Of a stretch of 64,000 nt of DNA, positions 33,955-48,398 are shown piece after piece; the first letter of the stretch is position 1, and each line of letters starts with the position of its first letter. The stretch is taken from assembly GCF_009914755.1 (NCBI RefSeq), contig NC_060928.1, one strand, 5' to 3'. The stretch comes from the human T2T-CHM13v2.0 reference genome, Homo sapiens. The position numbers and the translations under genes are program-made. Under the pieces are notes generated by a model, which saw nothing but the letters and a program-made list of their open reading frames with translations, was not told the origin of the DNA and did not search any database.

Positions 33955-34780
33955 CAATGGGGTGATGAAAAAGTTTCAGAGACAGAGTGGTGATGGTCAT
34001 ACAACAATGTGAATATAATTAATGCCACTGAATTATACACTTAGCAATGGTCACAATGGCAGTTTTTGTTATATATATTTCACCAAAATTTTTAGAAGTT
34101 TAAAAAGCCACTTCAAAAAAGATGAAGTACCACCTCACCCATTAGGATAGCTATTATCAAAAAACAAAAAGTGGCCTCTGGGCAGGGCATCTCTGAAAGA
34201 AAGGCAGCAGCCCCAGTCAGGGGCTTATGGATAAAACTTCCATCTCCCTGGGAAGGGCAACTTGGGGAAGGGGCAGCTGTGGGTGCAGCTTCAGCAGACT
34301 TAAATGTTCCTGCCTGCCGGCTTTGAAGAGAGCGGCAGATCTCCTAGCACAGCGCTCAAGCTCTGCTAAGGGACAGACTGCTTCCTTAAGTGGGTCCTTG
34401 ACCCCCGTGCCTCCTGATGGGAAGACACTTCCCAGCAGGGGTCGAGAGACACTTCATACAGGAGAGCTCTGGCTGGCATCTGGCAGGTGCCCCTCTGGGA
34501 AAAAGCTTCCAGAGGAAGGAACAAACAGCAATCTTTGCTGGTCTTCAGCCTCCACTGGTGATACCCAGGCAAACAGGGTCTGAAGTGAACCTCCAGCAAA
34601 CTCCAGCAGACCTGCAGCAGAGGGGCCTGACTGTTAGAAGGAAAACTAACAAACAAAAAGGAATAGCGGGAATGAGGAGGTATTGTTTAATGGGTATGGA
34701 GTTTCAGTTTTGCCAATGAACTGCACACTTAAAAAATCATAAATTTAATGTCATGATATTTTACCACAATTAAAAAAAAA
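33955..34780 (+). mobile_element. Old L1M 3' fragments flanking an L1PA 5'UTR piece
   Basis: gtggtgatggtcatacaacaatgtgaat; attaggatagctattatcaaaa; gtttaatgggtatggagtttcagtt. Confidence 0.7.
34173..34667 (+). mobile_element. Isolated L1PA (about PA7/8) 5'UTR fragment
   Basis: gcctctgggcagggcatctctgaaag...gaaggaaaactaacaaacaaaaaggaatagc. Confidence 0.85.
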
Positions 34781-35589
34781 AAGACAGTCATAAGGAAAAT
34801 GTGTGACTAAAATCTGGTGTGTGCCAACAAAGTCTGTTGACCTTAAAAAAAAAACCTGTCACCTGACCTAACTTGAAAAGCAGACTACATTTCTATTGAG
34901 CCTCTACCCGGACTGATTTGCAAAGAGAGATACAAAAGAAGAGGAAGAGTTTAGAAATTTGGTGTCTTGAAGGGTTGGAAAAGCCAGTGACTTCTAAACC
35001 TCAAACAGCAAGAGACTGGAGATGAAAATAAGGGTTTTGCCTTCCCTCCCAACTCTACTGTCTCAGAGGGCTCCGTATAGCTGCCACTACATTGAGAGAG
35101 GAAAACATGGAGGGCAAGGAAGCAAAGAAATAAAGTAGGCAGATAGCCCAAGTCTTGGAAAGAAGGTTGGGAGAGAAGGCTGGCATGTGAACTGGCTGGA
35201 AGTTCTGAGTACCTGAACTGCATTAGCAAAGGGACCATAGCCAAGCCAGTAATATGACTGTTGCACTCTCAAACTTCCAAATTTGCACCAGCAGGCAGTG
35301 GGCTGCAAAAGCTGAACAGCCACCAAGGCGGGGGATAACCCCAGCACCCACTTCAGATTTGGCGAAGGAGGAAACTGAACACAGAGAAGCCCCTTCCCCA
35401 AGGGCAAGACCAAGGGACACCAAGAGCATGAGCAAGGGCTCTCCTGAAGAGCAGAACCAGAGTCTAGTCAGGCAAGCTCCTCTTCTGCCGGGGCAAGGGG
35501 CCTTCCCATTGCCTGCTGCAGGATCCCAGCCTTGCTGTGGACCAGGGGCTGCTGTGTGCATTTCCTCCTCCTCTTTTTCCAATAGGAGT

Positions 35590-36252
35590 TTTAATTGTGT
35601 TTTTCTGCTCCCTGTTCTACCGTGGTATATTGAATGTGAGTATGAGTGCAGAAGTCGGGAGATAACTTGCCTTTTAGCTCACAGGTTGCAAGACCATCAG
35701 GAACCATGTTGGAACGTAATGGAAATAATTCATACGTTACCCAGCGACCATGGATTTTCAGGCAGTGCATTTACTGGATGGGGCTTTGGTTTGTCTCCCT
35801 TGGGATGAAGCAAGTGTGTTCTATGTGTAGAAATTGGGGCATTCACTGATTCTTGGTGGTCAGAGGCACTGACTCCAGCAAAGACAGCCAGCTGACTATG
35901 AACATCCATTCTTCTCTTCTTCCACTGTGTCAGAGGAATAGCTAGGCACATGGCTGCCCAGCTACATGACTCTCCCCATCTTCCTCTGCACTGTGAAGTA
36001 GCCACATGAATTAATTCTTGCCAATGGAATGTAAGCCTGCCTGGCACATACTCATTTCCTATGAACCGGGACACGATGACCGGAAGACAGGAGCTATGCT
36101 GCAGATGGCCTGGTTATCATGAGCCCCTTCGCCCCTCACTGATATGAAATAGCCACCATGGACTGTTATGTGAAAAAAAAATTCATTTTTAAGCCACATT
36201 ATTGTTGCCTTATTGTTGTTATAGCAGCTGAACCTTTCACTCTAGCTAATAC
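35590..36252 (+). mobile_element. MLT1 internal 3' end plus MLT1 LTR (old MaLR)
   Basis: gctaggcacatggctgcccagctac...ttcttgccaatggaatgtaagc...gctaataca. Confidence 0.5.
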
Positions 36253-36361
36253 ATTCAGATACTCTGTTAATTGAAGCCCAAACACCTCACCTGATGTTTC
36301 ACCCTATTCTCTATAAAAATGACAAAATCACTCTGTCCATTAGCTACTAGAGAGGTACATT

Positions 36362-36421
36362 GATTCTGAGGTGACACTAACTTAACAGAACGATTCTGAG
36401 GTGACACTAACTTAACAGAAC
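36362..36421. repeat. Perfect 30-bp tandem duplication
   Basis: GATTCTGAGGTGACACTAACTTAACAGAAC x2. Confidence 0.95.
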
Positions 36422-36735
36422 CTTACTCTGGTGAATCCACTGATACCCAAGAGTTCCAAGTGACTAGGTGGTTCCCCTCAGCACAGGGAGGAATTAAGGC
36501 CAGGGAATGGGTTCCTCACTTAGCAGTGGCCCACCTTTGACATATACAATTTTTAGAAAGGTTTTATAAATATGCGCACATAAGTTTTCCTTAAAGATTT
36601 CACTGTATTTTATTCAGCACAGCACCCTGAGAAGTATAGGAATGGCTGGGTAACATGACTAATTTCATTTTATAGATGACAGTGAGGTGATTACTCCCAA
36701 TATGACTGACTCAGCAGTTCTAAAGAAATCTCTTG

Positions 36736-37047
<312 letters not shown>

Positions 37048-37649
37048 TCAGCCATAGGCAGTGATTTCACGTGCCTTCCTATCCCTAAGGCAAAAACAAA
37101 CAAACCAAAAAACCAAATCTGTACGGCAGCCTGACCACAAGCTAACTGAAAATGAGATCCTTGTGCCTGGAAGCCCCTGGTCTACAGCTTTGAAATAGCA
37201 TCACAGCAACCCTCTTTCTGGCCCATAGTCACAGCTCCAAGTGCCAAAACAAACAGTGAGCCTTCACAATTCACAATGCTGGCTCTCCTTGCTAGGCTCT
37301 GACATCAACACCTCAGGCCTGGTTCAGTGAAGAGAAACAACCAAACATGAAGCAAACCAGAGCACAACAAGAAATGCACCACTCAGATCCCCAGAGGACA
37401 GACAGGCCCAGAAAGTTCAAGAGATGGGGACCCGAGAAGCAAATTCAGGTTGAATCTTATGTGGCTAATGGTAGAACACGAAGACTAAGAAATGCCAGGC
37501 AGATGCATTTGACCATCAAGCCCCAAACACTAAACTCGAACCTCCTCCTCAAACAAGCTGGCAGCTGCTCAGTGGATGTGTTATACCAGGGTGATAGTCA
37601 AAATGATAATTCTTCCATGCTCCATTCTAATGGGAACTCAGAACAGAGC

Positions 37650-37895
37650 AGGAACCATGAGCACATAGCCTGGATCCAGATTCTCTGGTTTCAAATCCAG
37701 GCTCTGCCACTTAGTAGCTGGGTGATACTGTACACACTGCTTAAACTTCTTTAAGCCTCAGTTTTCTCATCTATAAAATGGGGATCATAATAGTACCTAT
37801 TTCCTAGGGCTGTGGTGAAGATTAAGGGAGTTAACATACATAAGACTATTTGATAAGCACATGGCAAGCATTCAATAATTGGAAGCTATTATTGT
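37650..37895 (+). mobile_element. MIR
   Basis: aagcctcagttttctcatctataaaatgggg core. Confidence 0.85.
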
Positions 37896-38596
37896 TATAA
37901 ATGGTTGTCTCAGTACCACTGATGCCCATCCCATTTGTGGTCCAGAAAAAGAAGGTAAAACTGCAGATCTATTCCAGCTGAAAGATGACTGCTTAGGAAC
38001 TCAGTCAGAAACCTGACAGAGAATGTAGAATATGCTTTTAATGTCCTCTTGGTGAAGCAAAAGGAACAAATCCTTCAAATAGTCTCTTAGAAATTACTTT
38101 ACGCTGATGACTTCTTTGGAAGGACAAAACACATGTGAAATATACCAGATCATAGGTTTCTTGTTGGAGTTCAGACTGATGTGGGGAAGGTTGTACATCA
38201 TCCTGCATCCTTCCTATGGCCAGAAGAACTAATCAACAACTCAGAACCCGAACTCCCCAGAACGCTTAGGACCACTACACGACCAGAATGAAAAACAGTG
38301 AGACCAGGGACTTGTAAAATGCAGTTAACTGCCTGATGCCTGTCCTTCCAAAGCCTGTTGGTGCTCCACACACCTCGTGAAAGGTGACCCAATGTAGTTT
38401 CTCACTTCATACAGTACCCTGTACAAAAACCGACCTGGAACAGACCTTGTAAATTATCAGCCTTCCCTAGCTTCCTTAAATCCTCTCTCATTTCCCACCA
38501 ATGATGTCATTTCATGTTTATTTTAAGCACTTATAAGGTTACAGGATATGAATAAGAGTGTGTCCTCAGAAATAGGAGCAAAATCAGGAAGATCAC

Positions 38597-39152
38597 TGTA
38601 ATGGTTAATTTTAGGTGTCAACTTGATTAGGCTAAAGAATGCCCAGGTATCTGGTAAAACATTATTCCTGAGTGTGCTTGTCAGGATGTTTCTGTAAGAA
38701 ATCAGCATTTGAATCAGTAGACTAAGTAAAGAAAACTCACCCTTACCAATGTGGGAAGGCATCACCCAATCCATTGAGGGCCCTGATAGAGCAAAAAGGC
38801 AGAGGAGGAATGAATTCTCTCTTTTCTTGCGCTGGAACACCCATCTTCTACTGCCCTTGGACATCAGAACTCCAGTCTCAGCCTTGGGATTCCAGACACA
38901 TACCTGCACCCCTCCCAGGCTCTGAAGCCTTCAGCTTCGGACTGAGAGTTACACCATCGGCTCCCCTTGCTCTCAGGCCTCCAGACTTGGACTGGATTGT
39001 AACACCAGCTTTACAGGGTCTCCATCTTGCAGATGGCAGATCATGGGACTTCTGGCCTCCATAATTGCCTAAGCCAATTCTCATAATAAATCTCCTCTTC
39101 TATATCTCTATATATCCTATTGGTTCTGTTTCTCTGGAAAACTGACTATACA
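38597..39152 (+). mobile_element. MLT2B-like solo LTR (ERVL)
   Basis: tgtaatggttaattttaggtgtcaacttga...tcctattggttctgtttctctgga...tataca. Confidence 0.85.
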
Positions 39153-39265
39153 GTCATCAGACAAAGTGGCTCCATAGTTAACCAAGAAAATGAAGCACGT
39201 AGAGCAATAACATATTCTAACAACAACTTGCAAGCTCACTGCTAAGAGGACTGACATGTTTCCTA

Positions 39266-39806
<541 letters not shown>

Positions 39807-40579
39807 CTACTTCCCTATGAAGTGGATCATACGTTGACACCATTTTCCTCTCCTAGGTGGGAGGGTAGGGCAGGGCGGAGTTTGGGGGGATCATCCTTTG
39901 AGACATACGAGGGGTTTCTCTTTTTGTTCCCTTTACCATTCCTAGACCAGCAGGCTCCTCCCTACTGGGGTTTGGCTGCCCAGTTTCTAGACAATGGGCA
40001 CTGTTGTACCTTTCAGGACTTGCCACCTGCCTGCACAACTTCCTTCCCAGGATTGGAACCTGACTAATTCACCTTTAAAGCAGCTCTACGGTACTTGGTA
40101 GAGTACAAAAAAATGGACTGAGAGAATATTCTTCTTTTAGAAGTAGCTCATCAGTTATTAGATAGCCTGTTCTCTTCCTTAGATAACTATTTATAGCATA
40201 TTATTTGGATTCTCAAATCAGTTATACTCCCCCCAATATCTTGACTTGTTCCTCGCCTGGGGTGAATTAAGGGCATATTCATTGACTGAAGAAGTTGAAC
40301 CATTAGCATTCTCAGTGTGTCTGAACAGTGTCGTATGGGGGAGCAAACTGCTTTGATTTGGAGGACGAGTGTTAGTCTTCTGGAAAGAGGCAACCTGACA
40401 GTAAAGAACAGCAATCTGCCAAACCTGCTCGACAGAAATATCCTCACTTCTTTTGTTGTAAATCTACATTTATCATGTCACCTTTTGGCCTACAACATGG
40501 TTTTCTGAACAGAGTTACTCACCAGAAAGGATTTTCCTAAGCAAACAACTATTGTTGCTTTAGCCCCATGGTGAATGCT

Positions 40580-41247
40580 GTAGTACCCCCTTATCCACAA
40601 AGGACACACACATTCCATGACCCCCAAGAGATGCCTGAAATCTCAGATAGTAACAAACTCTATATATACGATGTTCTTTCTCTTTCTTTTTCTTTCTTTC
40701 TTTCTTACTTTCTTTTTTTTTAGATGGAGTCTCACTCTGTTGCCCAGGATAGAGTGCAGTGGCCAAGATCTCGGCTCACTGCAACTCCTGCCTCCCAGGA
40801 TCAAGTGATTCTCCTGCCTCAGCCTCCCCAAGTAGCTGGGATCACAGGCACGTGTGACCACGCCCAGCTAATTTTTGTAATTTTAGTAGAGATGGGGTTT
40901 TACCATGTTGGCCAGGCTGGTCTCGAACTCCTAACCTCAAGTGATCCACCCGCCTCGGCCTCCCAAAGTGCTGGGATTACAGGCATGAGCCACCAAGCCT
41001 GGCCACGATGTTTTTTCTATACATACATGCATAAGATAAAGTTTAATTTATAAATTAGGCAGAGTAAGAGAGTAACAACTAATAATAAAATAAAAAAATA
41101 GAACAACTATAATAATATGCTGTAATAAAAGCTATGTGAATGTGCTCCTCCCCATCTATTTCAAAATATCTTAATATTTTTGGACCTCAGTCGACTATGA
41201 GTAACTGAAACTGTGGAAAGTGAAACCGCTGATAAAGGAGTCTACTG
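40580..41247 (-). mobile_element. MER44-like (Tigger) MITE split by an antisense AluS (40677-41004)
   Basis: Degenerate TIRs tagtacccccttatcc / gataaaggagtctactg; Alu TSD ACGATGTT. Confidence 0.75.
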
Positions 41248-41559
41248 TACATTTCCATTCTGGTTTAGAAAACAGTCTTATAAATTTGTCATTGTGAGGT
41301 GTTCTGCAGTTTGTGCACCATCTAGTGAATGATGAAAGAAACCTGTCACACTGAGGGCTTAGACAGTGGACCTGGGCAGACTGGTCTTAGGCATTTTTGT
41401 TACCTTTACATTATCTGGACTTGTGAATTATATAGACATGCAATTCATAATTGGAAAGTAAAAATGCCCAGTAGTGCCATGCCTGAAACAGTTAACTGTT
41501 AATGGTTCAATATACATCCTCCCAGGTTCTCCCCCACATATGTGAAAGTGTGAAATTTT

Positions 41560-42652
41560 TTACTTAACCATGCAATGTGGACATCTCAGTGTGGACACCT
41601 TTCTATGTCAGCACCCACAGTGTCCTCCCAGTCTTGCTCCCCAAACTTGCTTTGTCCGCAGTCTGCCTTGCTCCATGAATGGTGGCTCCCCATCCTTCCT
41701 CTTTCTCAGGCCGAAAGCCTTGAGATCGTCTTAGACACCTCAATTTCTCCCACACCCCACATTCAATGTGCCCAAAATCCTGAGCCAAAATAAGAGTTCA
41801 AACTGAACCACTCCTTGCTACAGCAGCCAGGGAAATACTATGACAGCACTGATCAGATCATGTCATCCTTTAGCTCAATACCCTACTAAGGCTGGGCATG
41901 GTAGTTCACGCCTGTTATACCAGCACGGAGGTGGGTGCATTGTTGGAGGCAAGAGTTCAACACCAACCTAGGCAACATAGCAAGCCTCCATTTGTACAAA
42001 AAAATTAAAAAATTAGCCAGGTGTAGTGGCAGGTGCCTGTAGTCCTAGTTACTCAGAAGGCAGAGCCTTGAGCCCAGGAAACTGAGGATACAATAAGCAC
42101 TATGGTCATACCACTGCATTCCAGCCTGGGTGACAAAGTGAGACCCTGTCTCTAAAAATAAACAAACAAAACACACACAAAAACTGGCTAAGCCCCTACC
42201 TCAGAGCAACCGTCCCTTCCTCTCTGACTTTACGCACTACTCACCCCTGGCTCCAGCCATTCCAGTCTCCTTGCATTACTTGAACGCATCAGACACCTCC
42301 CTGCACAGGCCACACATATGGTGTACTGTCCCCTGTCCCGCCAGAAAGGCACATGGCTGCTCCCTCACCACAAGTCTTGGCAAAAATGGTACCTTCTTGG
42401 TGAGGCCTTCCCTGAGCATCCCATTGAAAATCCCCTAACCCCTAGAATTTCCTATGTCACCCTGCTATATTTTTCTCCATAGCACCTAATATTACATTTT
42501 ATCTATTTTAATCCCAGACTTTCTTCTTCCACTAATTGCAAGCTCCACGAGGGTAGGGATTTTTACCTTTTGCTCCTTGTTTTTCCCCAGTCTCTAAAAC
42601 AAGACCTCACCCATAGCAGTGTTCAATAAGTATCTGGTGAAGAATAAATGAA
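41560..42652 (+). mobile_element. L2a 3' region, interrupted by AluJ (41890-42180)
   Basis: gatcatgtcatcct, tgcaagctccacgagggtaggg, ttcaataagtatctggtgaagaataaatgaa. Confidence 0.75.
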
Positions 42653-43192
42653 AGGCACTGTGCTACCAAATGGGAAATATAAGATTGAAAAAAGCAAAAC
42701 AAAAGCAGAAGCCTTGGCTAAGGGAACAGAAATGTAAACAAATAACTACAGCATGCAGAACAGCCTGAAAATTGCCATACACACATAGAAGATGAATTCT
42801 TACATCCACACAGTACGAGTGATTAATTCTGACCATGGGGATTAGAACAGGGTCCATGGAGAAGGTAGCATTCAAGCTGGGCCTTGGGTAGTAAACAGAA
42901 TTGTAAGATGCTGAAAGGGAATGGAAGGCTATCAGCAAGAGTATCTTGGTGAAAAGGAAATGCAAAATGTTTGTGGAGAAGACTCGGTGATGCAGAGGGG
43001 ATGACACACAGGGTAACTGATTGAGATGTGACGTGGGAGGTGAGGTTGGAGAGGCATCCACAGTCAGACTGTGTGGGGCCAGGACAGAACGCTCAGGAGG
43101 GGGACTGAAGGAGGCCATGCTTGGGCAATGGGCAGCACTGACTTATTAGTGATAAAGTGAAGGTGGTGCTTAGAGGATGAAATTTGCTCTTT

Positions 43193-43350
43193 GGGCTGGA
43201 TGCAGTGGCTCACACCTGTAATACCAGCATTTTGGGAGGTTGAGGTGGGAGAATCGCTTGAACCTGGGAGGTCGAGGCTGCAGTGAGCCATTACTGCACC
43301 ACTGTACTCCAGCCTGGACAACAGAGCGAGAACTTTATTCAAAAAAAAAA
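43193..43350 (+). mobile_element. FRAM-like Alu monomer
   Basis: Single arm plus A-tail. Confidence 0.8.
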
Positions 43351-43874
43351 TTTACTCTTTGTTTGCTCTTTGTTTATGGTATTCTCCAAAACCATAAAAA
43401 CATGGGAGGTAGAAACAGGTTAGGAGGCTACAGGAAGAACTACCACCCCCATATTCTAACCACAGCTCCCTGCCTTGGGAGTCCTCTGGTCTGAAATGGT
43501 AAGATTGAGTGTGGCCAGTCCTGGTTATCTCACCAAAATCCACAAGCGACCAAAGTGAAACAATGTAGAGAGACGAAAACACTGGATACTTTTGAAATGG
43601 CTTTGACAAGATGGGAGTAAGCTCCAATAACACGCCACAGAACACATTCTGGCAATCAGCTAGCAGGCAGTAGCCCTGGCAATTTTATTCCCTGCTGAGT
43701 TAAATGATAAAATTACAAAGGAAAAGAGATGCTTGCAGGTTTATTTGGGTACAAAGGAAGTTCAGCATCTTAATGCATGAAATCAAAATTTGTACTTCCC
43801 TGAGAGGCATCAGATAGCACGGTGTATGGTCTTCAGCTTCTGCATAATGATAAAGGAATGAAAGGAAAGAGAGA

Positions 43875-44326
43875 TGTTACAGAAAAAACTATTTAATGAC
43901 ACCTGTTAAAGCGCAGTAAGGCTGACTTTCTTCAGGACCATGGAGACAGGTACGGGGACATCTGCAATGTGATTTGCAGTTAGGAAGAGAGATTGAGCTC
44001 AATTCCAAATACAGCATGAGCAAGTGGGAATCTATAGCCAAGGAGCTGGGTGGGGGGCTGTGGACAGAAAATTACTAAGAGGAAATATAAGGGGTAAGAG
44101 GGGATTCTGGCTAAACCAACCTAACGGGATTCTTGCCAAAGACACCAGGGTGATCAGATGTCACCTGGGGGATGGTGGAGAATAGAAACCCGACATGGAG
44201 AATGATCAGGTATTGAAGGCTGGGGTTTTTTTGCTAAAACGGGATTTTACAAGGCATTCACAGGTGGGCCCAGTAGAAGGTTCAGGAGCCCTGACCAAAG
44301 TTTAGTCACATGAAGAATCTTTGTCA
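43875..44326 (-). mobile_element. ERV1 LTR (MER31/MER67-like)
   Basis: TG...CA bounded; ccaaatacagcatgagcaagtgggaatctatagccaaggagc motif. Confidence 0.5.
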
Positions 44327-44342
44327 GAGGGTAGGGTCCAAA

Positions 44343-44967
44343 TGATACAGCTTTGATGAGTGGAGGAACACCAGGGTGCTTTGTCCTCATGCCAGTTTAG
44401 ATAAAATGACACGGACACATGAGGAGTGGTTTTAAGGAGTTTAATAGGCCGGAAAGAAAAGAGAAAGGCAGAAGGAAGAGGCTCCCCCGTACACAGCCAG
44501 AGGGATGGGGGCGGGGGGGTGCTCCAAAACCAAAAGAGGAGGTCCCCACCTGTCATGGATACCAGTCAGGTGTATATACAGAGGTTGGAGGAGGCGGTGT
44601 TTGATTTGCATAGGGCTCAGGGGATTGGTTTGACTAGGCATGTCACTTACGTAGCCCTGCGAGAAAGCTGGCCCTCTCATCCCAGCCTTTTAATATGCAA
44701 ATGCATTGCCATGATGTTCTACACACGTGGGGATATGTGGGGGTGGCCATGTTGCCAGGAACATGTGAGGCAAGGGCGAGAAGGCTGCAGGAATCGCCAT
44801 TTTGGGTGGACCCAGTTTCTAATGGCCTGCATTTGTATATCAAAGTTTGCCGGCCTGGTGGGGCCTTACAAGAAACTTTCCGGAAATGCTTTAAAAAATG
44901 AAAACTTCCCAAAGACCCCTTTCCCTCTCTATTTGCCTAAAATAATTTCTTAATAACTCCTACAACA
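44343..44967 (-). mobile_element. LTR9-like solo LTR with 4-bp TSD
   Basis: Minus strand starts TGTTGTAGGAGTTATTAAGAAATTATTTTAGGC; CAAA on both sides. Confidence 0.8.
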
Positions 44968-44976
44968 CAAATAACT

Positions 44977-45505
44977 TTTTTTTTTTTTTAAATAACTCAG
45001 GCTGGAGTACAGTGACGTGATCTCAGCTCACTGCAACCTTCACCTCCTGGGTTCAAGTGATTCTCCTGCCTGAGTCTCCTGAGTAGTTGGGATTATAGGC
45101 GCCTGCCGCCACACCTGGCTAATTTTTGTATTTTTAGTGGAGATGGGGGGGGTTTCACCATGTTGGCCAGGCTGGTCTTGAACTCCTGACCTCAGGTGAT
45201 CCGCCCACCTCCGTCTCCCAAAATGTTGGGATTACAGGTGTGAGCCACTACACCTGGCCTCAAATAACCTACTTTATTAAAACACAACAACTTTGGGAGG
45301 CCAAGAAGGGCAGATCACGAGGTCAGGAGATTGAGACCATCCTGGCTAACACGGTGAAACCCCGTCTCTACTAAAAATACAAAAAAAAAAAAAAGGTTAG
45401 CAGGGCGTGGTGGTGGGTGCCTGTGGTCCCAGCTACTCGGAAGGCTGAGGCAGGAGAATGGCGTGAACCCGGGGGGCGGAGCTTGCAGTGAGCCGAGATC
45501 ACGCG
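44977..45505. mobile_element. Antisense AluS (44977-45259) and partial sense AluY (45291-45505)
   Basis: Alu sequence, head to head. Confidence 0.85.
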
Positions 45506-45864
45506 AAAAACAAAACAAAAACAACACAGCAACTAAAACATGACCATAATTCAAAATTAGGTTACAGAATCTAAGTTTATTTCATAAGTATTTTATTTTT
45601 TGATTTTTGTGTTGAAAAAAAAATCTGTTTTTTCTTTTTCCAAAAACATTCATTGTACATTTAGGTAGACATTTCTAAAAAGAGAGACATGTGTCTTGGG
45701 ACCCCCACGTTTCATTATTTAGCTGTGAATTTCTTTTAATCTACCCACTTCTTTTAAATCGCAAACAAATTACTTGCAGCTTTCTTTAGTCTCTGCAGAA
45801 AATTACTCAAGTAATTGTCTTTATGATGTCTTTCCTTCTTATTTATATAACCACTGAAAAAGGA

Positions 45865-46210
45865 GATTTTCATTCACTTGACAAGTATTTACCCAGTGCC
45901 TTCCCTGGGTCAGGTATTCTGTTGGGTAGTAGGAAGGTACAATTATGAAAAAGGCAGACTCTAACCTGAAGGCATCTAGAGGAGGAGACAGACACAATTA
46001 CGTAATCACGAATGCAAATGTAGCAACTTTGATAATGCAAACAAGTCCTACAAAGCCCAGAGTAAGGCAAACATAATCCCACCTGAGGAAGCTGGGACTG
46101 ATGAATAGAGGAGGTGACATTAAGATGGTCTGGAAGGAATTCACCAAGTAGATAAAGCTAGACAGGCATCCTGGGTAAGGGACCGCTCAAACAAAGGCAC
46201 AGAAACACGG
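45865..46210 (-). mobile_element. L2 3' end
   Basis: ttcattcacttgacaagtatttacccagtgcc. Confidence 0.65.
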
Positions 46211-47153
46211 TGTGATTACAAACTAAATGAGAAGGATTTTTACCGATGAGGAGGATTACAGCATGGCTATAGTACTGGGGGAGCAGGAACCTATTGCAAT
46301 GTTCTCAGAGAGACACAGGTATACTGAATCAAGCATTGTGAAATCAATGAATTCAAGAAATATTTTGGAGGTAGGAGGTGACCATACAAAGAACACTTGA
46401 GGCATTTCATTCTTGCAAACGCAGCTGAGACAGGGCCGGCAGTACACACCTTTCAATGAATAGAAACTTTAAAATGTACTCTGCTAGTGAATTTGCGTGT
46501 TTGGAATAAAGTCAGTTGGGGCTTGGTAAAGGAGAAAAAAATTGTTGCATTGATAGGATCTGTAGATTTTGTTATAAAAGACAGATATGTAAATGAAAGT
46601 ACATTCTGAGAATCTGATCCATGCTGAAACTGAGTAATAAAACCAGAACTGTATTGTTTCCAAAGTCTAGTTCAGTGATTCTTCTCCACTTCAAGTGGCT
46701 ACAAACCAGAAAATCTAATTAACGATGGGAGGTGGGAGGGATGAGACTGAAGATTTACAGGAGATAAAGATTTATGAAAACTCAATATTCAGGATAAAGA
46801 AAGGGGGATAGAATAGCTCTTTAATTAAAAGATAACATTCCATTCTTTGTTTTTCATTGTTTAACAAAGATGAAAAGATATCCAGCCCTTTCTCTCTGGC
46901 AGAAAAATGCTTAACAGCTTTGAATATGGTTACGAAATGACACCCACGGCTGTGGATGGACATTAGTCTGTTTTTCTGAGCCCCCACAAGACAAGTCCCT
47001 AAATTCTGCCACAGGGAGGCCATATGATCACATGCACACAGCCTCATGAGTGGGCAGGGTGGCTGTGGTTTGCTCCCTGGGTTGTAAAACCGTCCTTGCC
47101 CAAGGCCTGATAAAAGCAGGTAGTGGAGAAAGGCTGCAAAGCCCATTTCTTAG

Positions 47154-47486
<333 letters not shown>

Positions 47487-47744
47487 TAAAAAACTTTGAT
47501 AGGAAAGTACAGAAAAACATTTTGGGGTTGTGGATGAGGAGATAAGGACAACTATATTTGAATCCAAGGAAGCAATAAGAACAAGTAGAACACATTTCTT
47601 CTGGCAGTCAGTGCTAGATCCTATCTGCTCAATTGGCCAGGTACTTTGAATGGTCAAACATATCATTTGGCCTTTGGAATCACCCTGCCTAAAAAAGTAT
47701 TTCCTTGGGAAATAATAACAACAACAATAATAATGATGATGACA

Positions 47745-47950
47745 GGATATTGGCAGCAGTTAATACGCCCTGTGCCTAACATTCTGCCTAGTACTTTACA
47801 TGGATTCTCTTATTAATCCCTTACAGCAGCTCTGTAAGGTGGAGACTATTTTTACTGCCAACTTACAAATGAAAATATAAAGGCCTACAGAGGTTTAATA
47901 TCTTGCTCAGGGTCACACAGCTAGTAAGTGGTTGAATCCAAACTCCTGGG
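47745..47950 (-). mobile_element. MIR
   Basis: tcttgctcagggtcacacagctagtaagtgg. Confidence 0.75.
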
Positions 47951-48398
47951 CTATTGTCACTACAACTAAACTTTATTATGCTTTATGACACTCACCACTT
48001 ACAAAAACCTCTCAATTAATTATAATGCTTAGATGGTCTTCTAATTAATTAAAACTAGATGGCCTCGCTTTCGATCTTTACTGATAGTCTTTCTGAAGTC
48101 TATCCTACCTCAGTAAAGACTACATACTGAGCGTAATTATGCCTTTCACTGGTGACCGAGGGTCTTCGGTTAAGAATCATGATTTTGTCTCCCCTGGCAT
48201 GTCTTCCCCGTGTAATTCTTACCCATCTTTCCAGAACCGATTCCACTGTCAGCCAATCTAGGAAAGGTTTCCCTCACCACCCAGATCATACTGGGTCTTT
48301 TTTTTTTTTTTTTTTTTTTTTGGCAAATAATTGCCCATATCTCCTATTTTACTTCACAGAGTAAACCTCAGGTATTTCAGCTTCAGTCATGTAGATAT

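Noticed and set aside
35223-35808. 184-aa and 119-aa ORFs
   Set aside because: No recognisable domain or splice structure; they partly overlap old LTR-like sequence
36362-36421. 30-bp repeat as a CRISPR-like array
   Set aside because: Two adjacent copies, no spacers, eukaryotic context
44426-44953. 175-aa ORF
   Set aside because: Lies wholly within the antisense strand of a solo LTR
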